64,000 bases of DNA from Bacilli bacterium (GTDB taxonomy: Bacteria > Bacillota_I > Bacilli_A > RF39 > UBA660): contig JAFQXM010000007.1 of NCBI GenBank assembly GCA_017406955.1, positions 144,729-208,728 on the forward strand, in the 5' to 3' direction. Positions 17,343 through 27,319 of this stretch are shown here, piece by piece. Position 1 is the first letter of the stretch. Each line of letters opens with the position of its first letter. Below the pieces are notes generated by a model. The model saw only the letters and a list, made by a program, of their open reading frames with translations. It did not search any database and had not been told where the DNA came from. The position numbers and the translations under genes are program-made.

Positions 17343-17446
17343 AGTATCACCTCCAGAGTATCCCCCTGAAAATAATAATTTGAAACCTAACCATAGGTAT
17401 TCCTATTATATTATTAGAAAAAAATAATACTTTTCCCTAAAATAAC

Positions 17447-17475
17447 TTGAAAAAAGTATTAAAATTTAATATACT
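17447..17475 (+). promoter_or_regulatory. Candidate promoter of the leuS T-box leader
   Basis: TTGAAA, 17-nt spacer, TATACT. Confidence 0.35.
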
Positions 17476-17481
17476 ATGAAT

Positions 17482-17696
17482 AGATTTTTTAAATATTACT
17501 AGTAGTAGTAATAACTAATTTTATTTAAAGAGAGTTTACGGGTGGTGTAAGTAAATATAAAATGGTTATGAACTTGACTAGTTATAAGTATTTATGGGTA
17601 AGACCTATATCTCTATTAAGATGCATAGTATATACTATGAATTAAGGTGGTACCGCGAATATTTCGTCCTTATTTATATAAGGACTTTTTTTTGGA
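17482..17696 (+). promoter_or_regulatory. T-box riboswitch leader, Leu-specific
   Basis: Canonical T-box sequence aattaaggtggtaccgcgaa (17640-17660). Specifier context gaaCTTgac (CUU at 17573-17575). Terminator gtcctta/tttata/taaggac followed by T8. Confidence 0.8.
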
Positions 17697-17705
17697 GGAA
17701 ATTAT

Positions 17706-18053
17706 ATGAGACAAGTAATTTTATTTATACTTAGTTTTATAGTAACTTTAATAATTTATGAATTATTTGTAGTTAATAAAGCTAAGAAAAATAAGGAAAA
17801 TAGACCTATAGAGGTAAAATATTTAGTGAATAAATATAAGGTTGATTTAAAGAAAGCTAATTATAATCAGATGTTACAAATAATAGCTTTAATATCTTCT
17901 TTAGATATTGCGTTAATAGCGTTTATTGTTAGTTTTTTTAAAGGAATAAACATACAAATATTAGTTGGAGTTATTATTGTATTTCCAACTATAATAATTA
18001 GTTATATGTTTGTTGGTAATTTTTATAAAAAGAAAGGAATGATTAGAAAGTGA
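17706..18053 (+). CDS. Small three-TM membrane protein, first cistron of the T-box-controlled leuS operon
   Basis: GGAGG SD 7 nt upstream. The stop TGA overlaps the leuS GTG start (GTGA). It fills an otherwise 360-nt gap between the T-box terminator and leuS. Confidence 0.5.
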   Translation: MRQVILFILSFIVTLIIYELFVVNKAKKNKENRPIEVKYLVNKYKVDLKKANYNQMLQIIALISSLDIALIAFIVSFFKGINIQILVGVIIVFPTIIISYMFVGNFYKKKGMIRK

Positions 18054-20446
18054 ATAATTTTAAAGAAATAGAAAAAAAATGGAGAAAGAAATGGGAAGAT
18101 GAAGAAGTATTTAAAACTGATTTAAGAGATTTTTCTAAACCTAAGTTTTATGCTTTAGATATGTTTCCATATCCAAGTGGTGTAGGATTACATGCTGGTC
18201 ATCCAGAAGGATATACTGCGACTGATATAGTTAGTCGTATGAAGAAAATGCAAGGATATAATGTACTTCACCCAATGGGATTTGATTCATTTGGACTTCC
18301 TGCAGAACAATATGCAATTAATACAGGTAATCATCCAGCTAAGTTTACTCATGAAAATATTAATACTTTTAGGGAACAATTAAAAAGATTAGGATTTTCT
18401 TATGATTGGAGCTTAGAAGTATCTACAAGTGAGCCCTCTTATTATAAATGGACTCAATGGATATTTAAAAAATTATATGAGGATGGTTTAGCTAAAGAAG
18501 TAGAAATGCCAGTTAATTGGTGTGAAGAATTAGGGACTGTTCTTGCTAATGATGAAGTAATAGATGGTAAAAGTGAACGTGGTGGATATCCTGTTATTCG
18601 TAAAATGATGAAGCAATGGGTTATAGATATACCTAAATATGCAGAAAGGTTACTTGAGGGATTAAATGAGATTGATTGGCCTGAAGGAACAAAAGAAATA
18701 CAAAGAAACTGGATTGGTAAATCAATTGGAGCCCATGTTGATTTTAAAGTAGATGGTTATGATGATAAATTCACAGTATTTACGACACGTTGTGATACAT
18801 TATTTGGCGCAACATATTGTGTATTATCACCAGAACATGAATTAGTTGATAAAATTACTACCTTTGATAAAAAAGAAGAAGTAGAAAGATATAAACAAGA
18901 AGCTGCCTCTAAGAGTGATTTAGAGCGTACAGAGCTTAATAAAGATAAAACAGGTGTATTTACTGGAGCTTATGCAATAAATCCTGTAAATGATACTAAA
19001 ATACCTATTTGGATAAGTGATTATGTACTTGCTAGTTATGGTACAGGTGCCATTATGGCAGTTCCTGCGCATGATGATAGAGACTATGAATTTGCGAAAA
19101 AATTTGATATAGATATTATTCAAGTATTAGAAGGTGGAGATATCTCTAAAGAAGCATGGACAGAAGATGGTATTCATATTAATTCAGGATTTTTAGATGG
19201 ATTAAATAAAGAAGATGCCATTGATAAGATGATAGAATTCTTAGAAGAGAACAAATGTGGAGAAAAACATATTAATTATCGAATAAGAGATTGGATTTTT
19301 GCACGTCAAAGATATTGGGGAGAACCAATTCCTATAGTACATTTTGAAGATGGAACTACTAAGGCTTTAAAAGATGAAGATTTACCATTAGTACTTCCAG
19401 AATTAGATGATTATGCACCTAGTAAAGATGGTAGTAGTCCATTAAATAAGGCAACTGACTGGATTAATGTAGAACTTGATGGTAAAAAAGGTAAATTAGA
19501 AACATCTACTATGCCAGGTTCTGCTGGATCAAGTTGGTATTTCTTGAGATATATAGATCCACATAATGATGAAGAATTCGCAAACTATGACTTATTAAAA
19601 CACTGGTTACCAGTTGATTTATATGTAGGTGGTCCAGAACATGCAGTAGGACATTTATTATATTCAAGAATGTGGAATAACTTCTTATATGATAAAGGTT
19701 TAGTACCTGTAAAAGAACCATTTAAAAAATTAGTTCATCAAGGTATGATATTAGGAGAAAATGGTATAAAGATGGGTAAAAGATATCCAGAATACTCAAT
19801 TAATCCTAATGATATAATTGATGAATATGGTGCAGATACTTTAAGATTCTATGAAATGTTTATGGGTCCATTAGAAGCAGATAAACCATGGAATAGTAAA
19901 GGTGTTGAAGGTAGTAAGAAATTTTTAGATCGTGTATATAGATTATATATAGAAGAAAATAAAATAAAAGATGAAGAAAATAAAGCTCTTGAAAAGATAT
20001 ATCATCAAACAGTTAAGAAAGTAACAGAAGATTTTGAAACATTAAACTTTAATACCGCTATATCTCAAATGATGATATTTATAAATGCAGTATATAAAGA
20101 AAATGTTTATCCTAAGGAATATGCAGAAAACTTCATTAAGTTATTAAACCCAATCGCACCATTTATAACAGAAGAAATATGGGAACAATTAGGTCATAGT
20201 AAAACAATTGCGAATGAATCTTGGCCTACATATGATGATTCTAAAATAGTAGAAGAAGAAAAAGAAATAGCTGTACAAGTAAATGGTAAAGTACGTGCTA
20301 CTATAAAAATAGGTATTAATGAAGAAGAAGATTCTATTAAAGAAAAAGCTTTAAGTGAAGAAAATGTTAAAAATCATACTAATGGTAAAGAAATAATTAA
20401 AGTAATTGTTATTAAAGGTCGTATAGTTAATATAGTAGTTAAATAG
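18050..20446 (+). CDS. leuS: Leucine--tRNA ligase
   Basis: Conserved N-terminus [17 protein letters not shown] (HIGH motif), KMGKR-like (KMSKS motif); 798 aa; GTG start. Confidence 0.95.
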   Translation: MNNFKEIEKKWRKKWEDEEVFKTDLRDFSKPKFYALDMFPYPSGVGLHAGHPEGYTATDIVSRMKKMQGYNVLHPMGFDSFGLPAEQYAINTGNHPAKFTHENINTFREQLKRLGFSYDWSLEVSTSEPSYYKWTQWIFKKLYEDGLAKEVEMPVNWCEELGTVLANDEVIDGKSERGGYPVIRKMMKQWVIDIPKYAERLLEGLNEIDWPEGTKEIQRNWIGKSIGAHVDFKVDGYDDKFTVFTTRCDTLFGATYCVLSPEHELVDKITTFDKKEEVERYKQEAASKSDLERTELNKDKTGVFTGAYAINPVNDTKIPIWISDYVLASYGTGAIMAVPAHDDRDYEFAKKFDIDIIQVLEGGDISKEAWTEDGIHINSGFLDGLNKEDAIDKMIEFLEENKCGEKHINYRIRDWIFARQRYWGEPIPIVHFEDGTTKALKDEDLPLVLPELDDYAPSKDGSSPLNKATDWINVELDGKKGKLETSTMPGSAGSSWYFLRYIDPHNDEEFANYDLLKHWLPVDLYVGGPEHAVGHLLYSRMWNNFLYDKGLVPVKEPFKKLVHQGMILGENGIKMGKRYPEYSINPNDIIDEYGADTLRFYEMFMGPLEADKPWNSKGVEGSKKFLDRVYRLYIEENKIKDEENKALEKIYHQTVKKVTEDFETLNFNTAISQMMIFINAVYKENVYPKEYAENFIKLLNPIAPFITEEIWEQLGHSKTIANESWPTYDDSKIVEEEKEIAVQVNGKVRATIKIGINEEEDSIKEKALSEENVKNHTNGKEIIKVIVIKGRIVNIVVK

Positions 20447-20468
20447 AGATTAATCTCTATTTTTCTTT
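20445..20468 (+). terminator. Rho-independent terminator after leuS
   Basis: agagat/ta/atctct followed by atttttcttt. Confidence 0.55.
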
Positions 20469-20529
20469 GTAAATATTGATTTTTTTATAAAAATATGTTA
20501 TAATATGTCCAATTTTAAGGGGTGATATT

Positions 20530-21417
20530 ATGACTAAGGAGGAACTAAGAAAAAGAAGAGAAAGTGGTAATTATCCAATAGTAGATTTAAAAATATTTGA
20601 CTCAATAAATAATATTAAATTTACTGATTTTACCCTAGATCATATGAAAGATACTAAAGACTTATATGTTAATTATTTAGATCAAATATTTGAAATGAAA
20701 AATAATGATCAAAAGAGTTTCTTAAACACAATAAAGTCTATGGAAATAATTGATAATCAAGCTTTAGAAAAAGAAGATAGTTTTATGATGTCTTTATATA
20801 TGCAAGCTACTAAAGAAAATTCAATTGATTATTTATTAAAAAACACCTCTAAAAAATTAGATAAAAAGACATTTATAAATGGTCATAAAGTATTATTACA
20901 TGGAACTAGTAGTGATCAATTTTCTATTAATGATTATCGTAAGGATAATGAAAAATTTGTAGGTAGATATGAAAATCATGAACCTATTATTAGTTATTTT
21001 GTTCTTTCTAGTGATAATATAGAAGATGCAATAGATAAAATAATTGAGTTTTATAACTCATCTTTATATGAAGATAAATTATTTACTAAGTCACAAATAA
21101 TTCATGGATTAGTTAGTACTCTACAATTATTTGATGATGGTAATACTAGATATGCTAGATTATTACAAAATATTAAGCTATATGATTTAACTAAAAAAGA
21201 AATAAATGGATCTCTAAAAGCTCCCGCAATCTATGGAACTAGATCATATTTCCCATATAGAGGTAAGTATAGAGAATTAATAAGTAATTTAGCTATTAAT
21301 CCAGATAATGAAAATTGGAATAATTGGTTTAACTTTAATTTAAATAGATTTGAAGATCAAATATATTTCTTAGAAGAAAAATTAGAAAAATTTAAAAAAT
21401 TACAAAAGAAAAAATAA
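20530..21417 (+). CDS. Hypothetical protein with degenerate Fic-like motif
   Basis: QLFDDGNTRYARLL aligns to HPFxDGNGRxxRLL but with His->Gln and Pro->Leu. The rest shows no recognisable similarity. Confidence 0.5.
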   Translation: MTKEELRKRRESGNYPIVDLKIFDSINNIKFTDFTLDHMKDTKDLYVNYLDQIFEMKNNDQKSFLNTIKSMEIIDNQALEKEDSFMMSLYMQATKENSIDYLLKNTSKKLDKKTFINGHKVLLHGTSSDQFSINDYRKDNEKFVGRYENHEPIISYFVLSSDNIEDAIDKIIEFYNSSLYEDKLFTKSQIIHGLVSTLQLFDDGNTRYARLLQNIKLYDLTKKEINGSLKAPAIYGTRSYFPYRGKYRELISNLAINPDNENWNNWFNFNLNRFEDQIYFLEEKLEKFKKLQKKK

Positions 21418-21446
21418 AATTCCACAATTTTTGTGGATTTTTATTT
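21418..21446 (+). terminator. Rho-independent terminator
   Basis: tccacaa/ttt/ttgtgga followed by tttttattttt. Confidence 0.6.
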
Positions 21447-21468
21447 TTATAATTAATCTGGTGATTAT

Positions 21469-21648
21469 ATGAGAGTAAAAATATTTGATTTTGAAGATGA
21501 AAAAGACTTAGAAGATGAAGTAAATGAATTTTTAGAGGGGGTAGAAGGAGAAGTTATAGATATAAAATACCAAGTTAGTGTTAGTATATATAGTGAAGAA
21601 CAAATATTTTGTTTTTCAGCTATGATTGTTTATGACGAAGTAAAATAG
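21469..21648 (+). CDS. Cse60-like small sporulation protein (59 aa), missed by the >=60 aa ORF track
   Basis: MRVKIFDFEDEKDLEDEVNEFLEG..VIDIKYQVSVSIYSEEQIFCFSAMIVY matches the Cse60/YteV family pattern as remembered. SD ggtga upstream. Confidence 0.5.
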   Translation: MRVKIFDFEDEKDLEDEVNEFLEGVEGEVIDIKYQVSVSIYSEEQIFCFSAMIVYDEVK

Positions 21649-21706
21649 AGTACATTGCAATATAAAAACAAATAATATATAATTAAACTATAATATAGGT
21701 GATTAT

Positions 21707-23029
21707 ATGAAACTAAAAAAGAAAAGAAATATATATTTACTAATAGTATTTGTAGTAGCCCTAGTAATAGGAATAGGATACGCTATTTTAAGCAGTAGTT
21801 TAAATATTGCAGGAAGTACAAATATAAAAGATAATACATGGGATGTACATTTTGAAAATATAAATGTAACAACAGGAAGTGTAGAGGCAATTACACCAAC
21901 AATAAGTAATGGAACAAATATAACTTATACAGCAACTTTAGTAGAGCCAAAAGATTATTATGAATTTACAGTAGATGTAAAAAATAGTGGAAGTATAGAT
22001 GCAATGATTGAAAATATATCAAATACAGGGCTAACTTCAGAACAAAAGAAATATATGGAATATAATGCAACATATGACTCAGGAGTAGATATATCAGAAA
22101 AACAAGAATTAAAAGCAAATTCTAAGGAAAAGATAAGAGTAACAGTAAGATATAAAGATGATATAAATGCTAGTGATTTACCAACAGAAGCAAAAACAAT
22201 AAATCTAACATTAATTATTAATTATGCTCAAGCGAATAATACAGCTATAGAGGTAAATCATTCAACCTGTAGAAGAGCAACAACTCTTCATACTGAAATA
22301 TGTACCAATACAGAAGAATATGCATGTGCTTATTCTGGTAGTCAATATTCTGGAGGATATTCAAGTGGAGATAAAATAGAGTATGGAAACTATGGAACAA
22401 AAGGTACTTTAACGAGCGGAGATGCCTTTGATTGTGATGTAAATGGAGATGGAAGTTATAATTCATCTACAGAAAGATTCTATTATGTATCAGCTTTAGA
22501 TACTAATGCTAACTATGGAGTATTAATATATTATAGTAACGTATCAGCTGGGCAACCAAATAGTAATACAGCTTATGAATATGACTCAAATGATAATCCT
22601 AGAGAAAATGGTCCTATAACATTGTTACCACAGTTACCAACAACTTCTGGGTGGAAAAATGTAAGTTTATATAACACAACAAGAAAAATAAAGGATCAGA
22701 ATCATACAGAATATGCAGATTTTTCATATTCAGGGTATGCAAGTAGATTATTAACAGTTCAAGAGATTGAGAGTGCTTGTAATATTTCAGTAGGGACGTA
22801 CACAACAGGGGAATTAGATACATGTAGATATTTATTAGAAAATTCAGATTATTCCTCAAGTTCATTATTAGATGGATGGTGGCTAGAAAACGTTCTTTCT
22901 TATAATGCAGCTTATGTGTGGAGCGTACGAGGTCATGGTCGTCGAGTAAACGATAGTAATGCCTCATCATCTAGTAGTCGTGGAGTTCGACCAGCAATAG
23001 AAGTACCTAAATCTAAGATAAATTATTAA
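21707..23029 (+). CDS. Exported/cell-surface hypothetical protein with Cys-rich middle region
   Basis: N-terminal MKLKKKRNIYLLIVFVVALVIGIGYAILSSSLNIAGS signal/anchor; numerous Cys in residues 180-260; unusually GC-rich 3' patch. Confidence 0.55.
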   Translation: MKLKKKRNIYLLIVFVVALVIGIGYAILSSSLNIAGSTNIKDNTWDVHFENINVTTGSVEAITPTISNGTNITYTATLVEPKDYYEFTVDVKNSGSIDAMIENISNTGLTSEQKKYMEYNATYDSGVDISEKQELKANSKEKIRVTVRYKDDINASDLPTEAKTINLTLIINYAQANNTAIEVNHSTCRRATTLHTEICTNTEEYACAYSGSQYSGGYSSGDKIEYGNYGTKGTLTSGDAFDCDVNGDGSYNSSTERFYYVSALDTNANYGVLIYYSNVSAGQPNSNTAYEYDSNDNPRENGPITLLPQLPTTSGWKNVSLYNTTRKIKDQNHTEYADFSYSGYASRLLTVQEIESACNISVGTYTTGELDTCRYLLENSDYSSSSLLDGWWLENVLSYNAAYVWSVRGHGRRVNDSNASSSSSRGVRPAIEVPKSKINY

Positions 23030-23092
23030 GAAGAGTAATCTTCTTTTTTCTTTTATTAAAATATGTTATTATATTTATAGTAGGAGATAAGT

Positions 23093-24742
23093 ATGAAGAA
23101 AGATAAATCTATGAGAAAAAACAACTTTATAACTGGTGCTTTTATTGCGACATTAGGTATTGTAATTACTAAGATACTAGGTATTTTATATGTAATACCA
23201 TTTCACTCTATTATAGGTGATAAAGGTGGAGCTTTATATGGTTATGCTTATACTATATATTTATTCTTTATGTCTATATCAACTGCAGGAATACCACTAG
23301 CTATTAGTAATATAGTATCTGAATATCAAACTCTAGGTTATTATAATGCTAAAAGAAGAGCTTTTATTATAGGTAAAAGAGTAGCTTTATTGTTAGGTTT
23401 TATATCTTTTCTAATACTTATGTTATGTGCTCCAATACTAGCTAAATTTATATTAGGTGATTTAACTGGAGGAAATACTATAGAAGATGTTACTTTAGTT
23501 ATTAGAGTAATATCTACTGCGATACTAGTGGTTCCAGTATTAAGTATATATAGAGGATATTTTGAAGGACATAGATTTATGATTGCGCCTTCTATATCGC
23601 AAGTTATAGAACAATTATTTAGGATAACTATTATTCTTTTAGGTAGTTATTTATCATTAAAAGTATTTAAACAATCACTTTCTACTGCAGTAGGAATTGC
23701 GGTTTTTGGCGCAACTGCGGGTGCTATTATTTCATATTTATATTTACTACATAAAAGAATAAGAAATAGAAAGAAATTTAATGAAAGAATAAGACCAGTA
23801 AATGAACCTATAATTACTAATAAACAAATACTAAGAAAAATAGTCTTTTATGCAGTACCATTTATAATGATAGATTTATTTAAATCATTATATAGTTGTA
23901 TAGATATGGTTACTGTAGTAAAGGGATTAGTAAAGTATGCTAAATTTAAAACTAGTAATGCAGAAGTTATAATGAGTATGTTATCTACATGGGCTGCTAA
24001 GTTTAATATGATTATTGCATCTATTTCTGCAGGAGTAATAGTTAGTTTAATACCTAATTTAACTAAAAGTTATGTAGATAAAGATAGTAAAGATATGAAT
24101 AAAAAGATAAATCAATCTATTAGTATAGTTTTATTCTTAGCTCTACCAATAGCCTTAGGAATTAGTTTTTTATCTAAATCTATTTGGATGTTATTCTATG
24201 GTAAAAGTATTTATGGACCTAGTGTATTATCATATTCTATATTTATAGGTTTATTTATGTCATTATTTACAGTAGTAATATCTGTTATGCAAGTATTTAA
24301 AAACTATAAAGCTATACTTATTAGTTTATTATCTGGAGTAATAGTTAAAATATTACTTAATAACTATTTAATTAAATTATTCCATCAATTAGGACTTCCA
24401 GAATATCACGGAATAATAACTGCGACTATACTAGGTTATTTATTATCATTTATAATATGTCTAGTTGTATTAAGAAAGAAATATAAAGTAAACTATGATG
24501 AATTAGTTAAAAATTTCTTTGATATATTATGTGGATCTATATTAATGGTTATAGTCTTATATTTATTTAAATTTGTAATGCCAATATATTCAGATATTAG
24601 AATAATGAATCTATTAATTATTATAATATATGGAATTATAGGCGTATTAATATATTTTATATATACATATAAAACAAAAACTATTATAAATATATTTGGT
24701 AAAAGTTTCTTAAAGAAGTTTAAAATAAAAAAAGAAAAGTAA
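23093..24742 (+). CDS. MOP-superfamily polysaccharide/lipid-II flippase (MurJ/YtgP/SpoVB-like), 14 TM
   Basis: Polytopic membrane protein whose N-terminal region (GAFIATLGIVITKILGILYVIPF...YGYAYTIY) is typical of the MviN/SpoVB family. Confidence 0.7.
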   Translation: MKKDKSMRKNNFITGAFIATLGIVITKILGILYVIPFHSIIGDKGGALYGYAYTIYLFFMSISTAGIPLAISNIVSEYQTLGYYNAKRRAFIIGKRVALLLGFISFLILMLCAPILAKFILGDLTGGNTIEDVTLVIRVISTAILVVPVLSIYRGYFEGHRFMIAPSISQVIEQLFRITIILLGSYLSLKVFKQSLSTAVGIAVFGATAGAIISYLYLLHKRIRNRKKFNERIRPVNEPIITNKQILRKIVFYAVPFIMIDLFKSLYSCIDMVTVVKGLVKYAKFKTSNAEVIMSMLSTWAAKFNMIIASISAGVIVSLIPNLTKSYVDKDSKDMNKKINQSISIVLFLALPIALGISFLSKSIWMLFYGKSIYGPSVLSYSIFIGLFMSLFTVVISVMQVFKNYKAILISLLSGVIVKILLNNYLIKLFHQLGLPEYHGIITATILGYLLSFIICLVVLRKKYKVNYDELVKNFFDILCGSILMVIVLYLFKFVMPIYSDIRIMNLLIIIIYGIIGVLIYFIYTYKTKTIINIFGKSFLKKFKIKKEK

Positions 24743-24766
24743 TTTAATTACTTTTTCTTTTTTATA
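24729..24766. terminator. Bidirectional terminator palindrome shared by the 3' coding ends of two convergent genes
   Basis: aaagaaaagtaatt/t/aattactttttcttt spans the stop codons of the flippase gene (24742) and the fem gene (24748). Confidence 0.5.
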
Positions 24767-26043
24767 TTCTTTAATTTATGATATAATCCAAAAGCTATAT
24801 TATAAGTAAAGTACCAGAACTTACTTATAACTAAATCATATTCTCCTAATAATTCAACTACATGTCCACCAAAACTTTTTTTAAATAGATATAGTCCATA
24901 TAATGGATTAGAAGGATTAAAATCTCCAGTAATACCATAGAAGTTATATCTTTTATATTTATTTTCTACCGCGTATTTAACACCTGCATAATGTATTGTA
25001 TAAGCTGATTTAAATTTCATCACATCATCAAGTGTACCTCCTAGTAAAGATAATACTTCATTACCATATACTAAGAATAATATTCCTCCTAATACTTTTT
25101 TATCTCCGAATTTCTTTTTATACTCTTTAATCTTATCTAAATCTTTATTTAATCTGTTAATTGCTTCTTCATCTTGTTTATTACTAGATTTATATTTTTT
25201 CTCATTCATTTTTAATAAATTATTATCATGTTTATAAACTCTATCCTCTAAAGCATTTTTATGAGTATCTAATTCATCTTTAGTATTTGCCTCATATATA
25301 TTAAAATCAATTTCTCCAATTAATATTTTTAAAATGCCTAGATCATGTAGATTATCCCACATCGCTTCATAATAAGAAAATGGTCTATCAATAAACTCTC
25401 TTCTATCAGAAGTCTTCTGCATTATTTCTTTAAATACTTTTAACTCATCTTTATCTATTTCCCTAGTAGTAATACCACAACGATCATTCTTACGAAGTAT
25501 TTGTCTAGTTTTAGAATCCATTTTACTATTAACTTCATCTATAGATTTATTATCGGTTTCAATTACATGCATCCATCTAGGTTGTAGAGTATCCTGCATA
25601 ACATTAAAACCAAAATGTTTATAGCCTAAATCTATTAAGTTTTTATGAGCTTTTTTGTTATTATTACCTTTATCTACAATATCTCCATTATTATCTCTTT
25701 CTTGATATTCTAAGTATGGATCTATTTTAATAAATATAGCGTTATTTTCTTTCGCAAATTCTTTTATCTTCTCAGTAAAAGTCTTTAATAACTTCTTATC
25801 ATTATAATCTATTAAAAAACCTCTAGGAGAATAAAACATAGCTTTTTTAACTATAGGTAAATTCTTCTTTAAAAGTAATGCACAAGCTTTAATTTCTTTA
25901 TTGTTTTTAAGCCCTATATAGTATGGAGTCCATCCAGTCTTATCTTTTAAATTAGCCCATGCTTCTGTTTGATGAAAAGTAATTTGAGGACTTTTATCTG
26001 CATACTTTTTAAATTCTTTCTTACTTAGTTCCACTAGTTCCAT
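24748..26043 (-). CDS. FemABX-family peptidoglycan aminoacyltransferase, paralog 3
   Basis: FemAB fold signature (YYIGLKNNKEIKACALLL...FYSPRGFLIDYND) with coiled-coil insertion. The start overlaps paralog 2 by 23 nt. Confidence 0.8.
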   Translation of the reverse strand: MELVELSKKEFKKYADKSPQITFHQTEAWANLKDKTGWTPYYIGLKNNKEIKACALLLKKNLPIVKKAMFYSPRGFLIDYNDKKLLKTFTEKIKEFAKENNAIFIKIDPYLEYQERDNNGDIVDKGNNNKKAHKNLIDLGYKHFGFNVMQDTLQPRWMHVIETDNKSIDEVNSKMDSKTRQILRKNDRCGITTREIDKDELKVFKEIMQKTSDRREFIDRPFSYYEAMWDNLHDLGILKILIGEIDFNIYEANTKDELDTHKNALEDRVYKHDNNLLKMNEKKYKSSNKQDEEAINRLNKDLDKIKEYKKKFGDKKVLGGILFLVYGNEVLSLLGGTLDDVMKFKSAYTIHYAGVKYAVENKYKRYNFYGITGDFNPSNPLYGLYLFKKSFGGHVVELLGEYDLVISKFWYFTYNIAFGLYHKLKNIKKKK

Positions 26044-27301
26044 CTTTAATCACCTTTTTTCTTTTAATCTTTCTATATATAGGAATTAATCTTTTATAAA
26101 CAAAATATAATAATTTATTAGTAATTAAATCAAATTCTCCAATTAATTCAATATATTCCCCACCAAGTCTTTTCTTAAAAGAGTGAATTCCATATATAGG
26201 ATTACTTTTATCAGGATTAGCTATTCCACAAGTACCAAAACAATCTACATATTTATATCCTTCACTATTGGCATCTTTTATTATCTTCCAATAACACTCA
26301 TAATTACCATTAAGTCTCATTAATTTAGAATTATTCCCTCCATGTACAGTCCATACAGTATCTTTGTATTTAACAGTAATTATAGAAGATAATACTACTT
26401 CTTTTTCTTTAATACTCTTAATTTCATCTAACTCTTTATTTAACTTGTTAACTTTATTATTTAAGTCATTAATTTTACCTTTATTTTTATCTTTATTCTT
26501 ACTTAAATTATCTATTCTATTATTAATATCATTAATATTAGCTTTAATAGTATCTTTTAATTTCTTGATATTAGCTTTAACTATATATAAATCACTTAAA
26601 TTATCTTTATTAAATATTTCATAGAAGTTTTTATAATAGTTAATATTAGCTTGCAATATACCTTCTCTTTTAGAAGTTTCCTTCATAGTAATATAGAAGT
26701 CTTCTATATCATTAATATCTCCTTTATATATATCTAAATTATATTGATTATTCTTATTTAAAATCTTTCTAGTAGTAGGATGCATACCTTTTAATACATC
26801 TTTTATATCTTTATCTATATCAATTTTATAAGTAAATCTAGGTTGTTCTTTAGAAAAATCTATATTAAAACCTAAATGCTTATAACCTATCGTTTTCAAA
26901 TAATTAATTAATAGATAATTATTATCACTACCTATAACATTTCCGTCTATATCTAAATTATGTCTTTTAATAGCGGGATCTATCTTAATAAAAATAGCCT
27001 TATTTTTCTTCGCAAATTTCTTTAACTCTGAAGTAAAAGTTTTTATAAGATCTTTGTTATTATAATCTATTATATATCCTCTAGGAGAATAATAATATGA
27101 ATATCCTAGTAGTAGTTTTTTCTCTAGTAATAATGCAGTACAAACAAGTTTTTTTCCTTTTCTAAGACCAATATATATTGGATTAAAGTTCTTCTCTTTT
27201 CTTATTTGTCCAAAGTCGTATGACTGCATAAAATGACTATAACTACTATTTCTAACAAATTCTTCATATTCATCTTTTTCAATATAGTCTAACTTATACA
27301 T
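26021..27301 (-). CDS. FemABX-family peptidoglycan aminoacyltransferase, paralog 2
   Basis: IYIGLRKGKKLVCTALLL...YYSPRGYIIDYNN and a long coiled-coil insert. SD agaggtgaag upstream. Confidence 0.8.
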   Translation of the reverse strand: MYKLDYIEKDEYEEFVRNSSYSHFMQSYDFGQIRKEKNFNPIYIGLRKGKKLVCTALLLEKKLLLGYSYYYSPRGYIIDYNNKDLIKTFTSELKKFAKKNKAIFIKIDPAIKRHNLDIDGNVIGSDNNYLLINYLKTIGYKHLGFNIDFSKEQPRFTYKIDIDKDIKDVLKGMHPTTRKILNKNNQYNLDIYKGDINDIEDFYITMKETSKREGILQANINYYKNFYEIFNKDNLSDLYIVKANIKKLKDTIKANINDINNRIDNLSKNKDKNKGKINDLNNKVNKLNKELDEIKSIKEKEVVLSSIITVKYKDTVWTVHGGNNSKLMRLNGNYECYWKIIKDANSEGYKYVDCFGTCGIANPDKSNPIYGIHSFKKRLGGEYIELIGEFDLITNKLLYFVYKRLIPIYRKIKRKKVIKDGTSGTK

Positions 27302-27319
27302 AACTTCACCTCTAAATAA

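Noticed and set aside
17640-17660. Exact 20-mer aattaaggtggtaccgcgaa repeated at 17640 and 32197. It was considered as a dispersed repeat or mobile-element end.
   Set aside because: It is the conserved T-box antiterminator sequence of two independent tRNA-sensing leaders (leuS, tyrS), not a mobile repeat.
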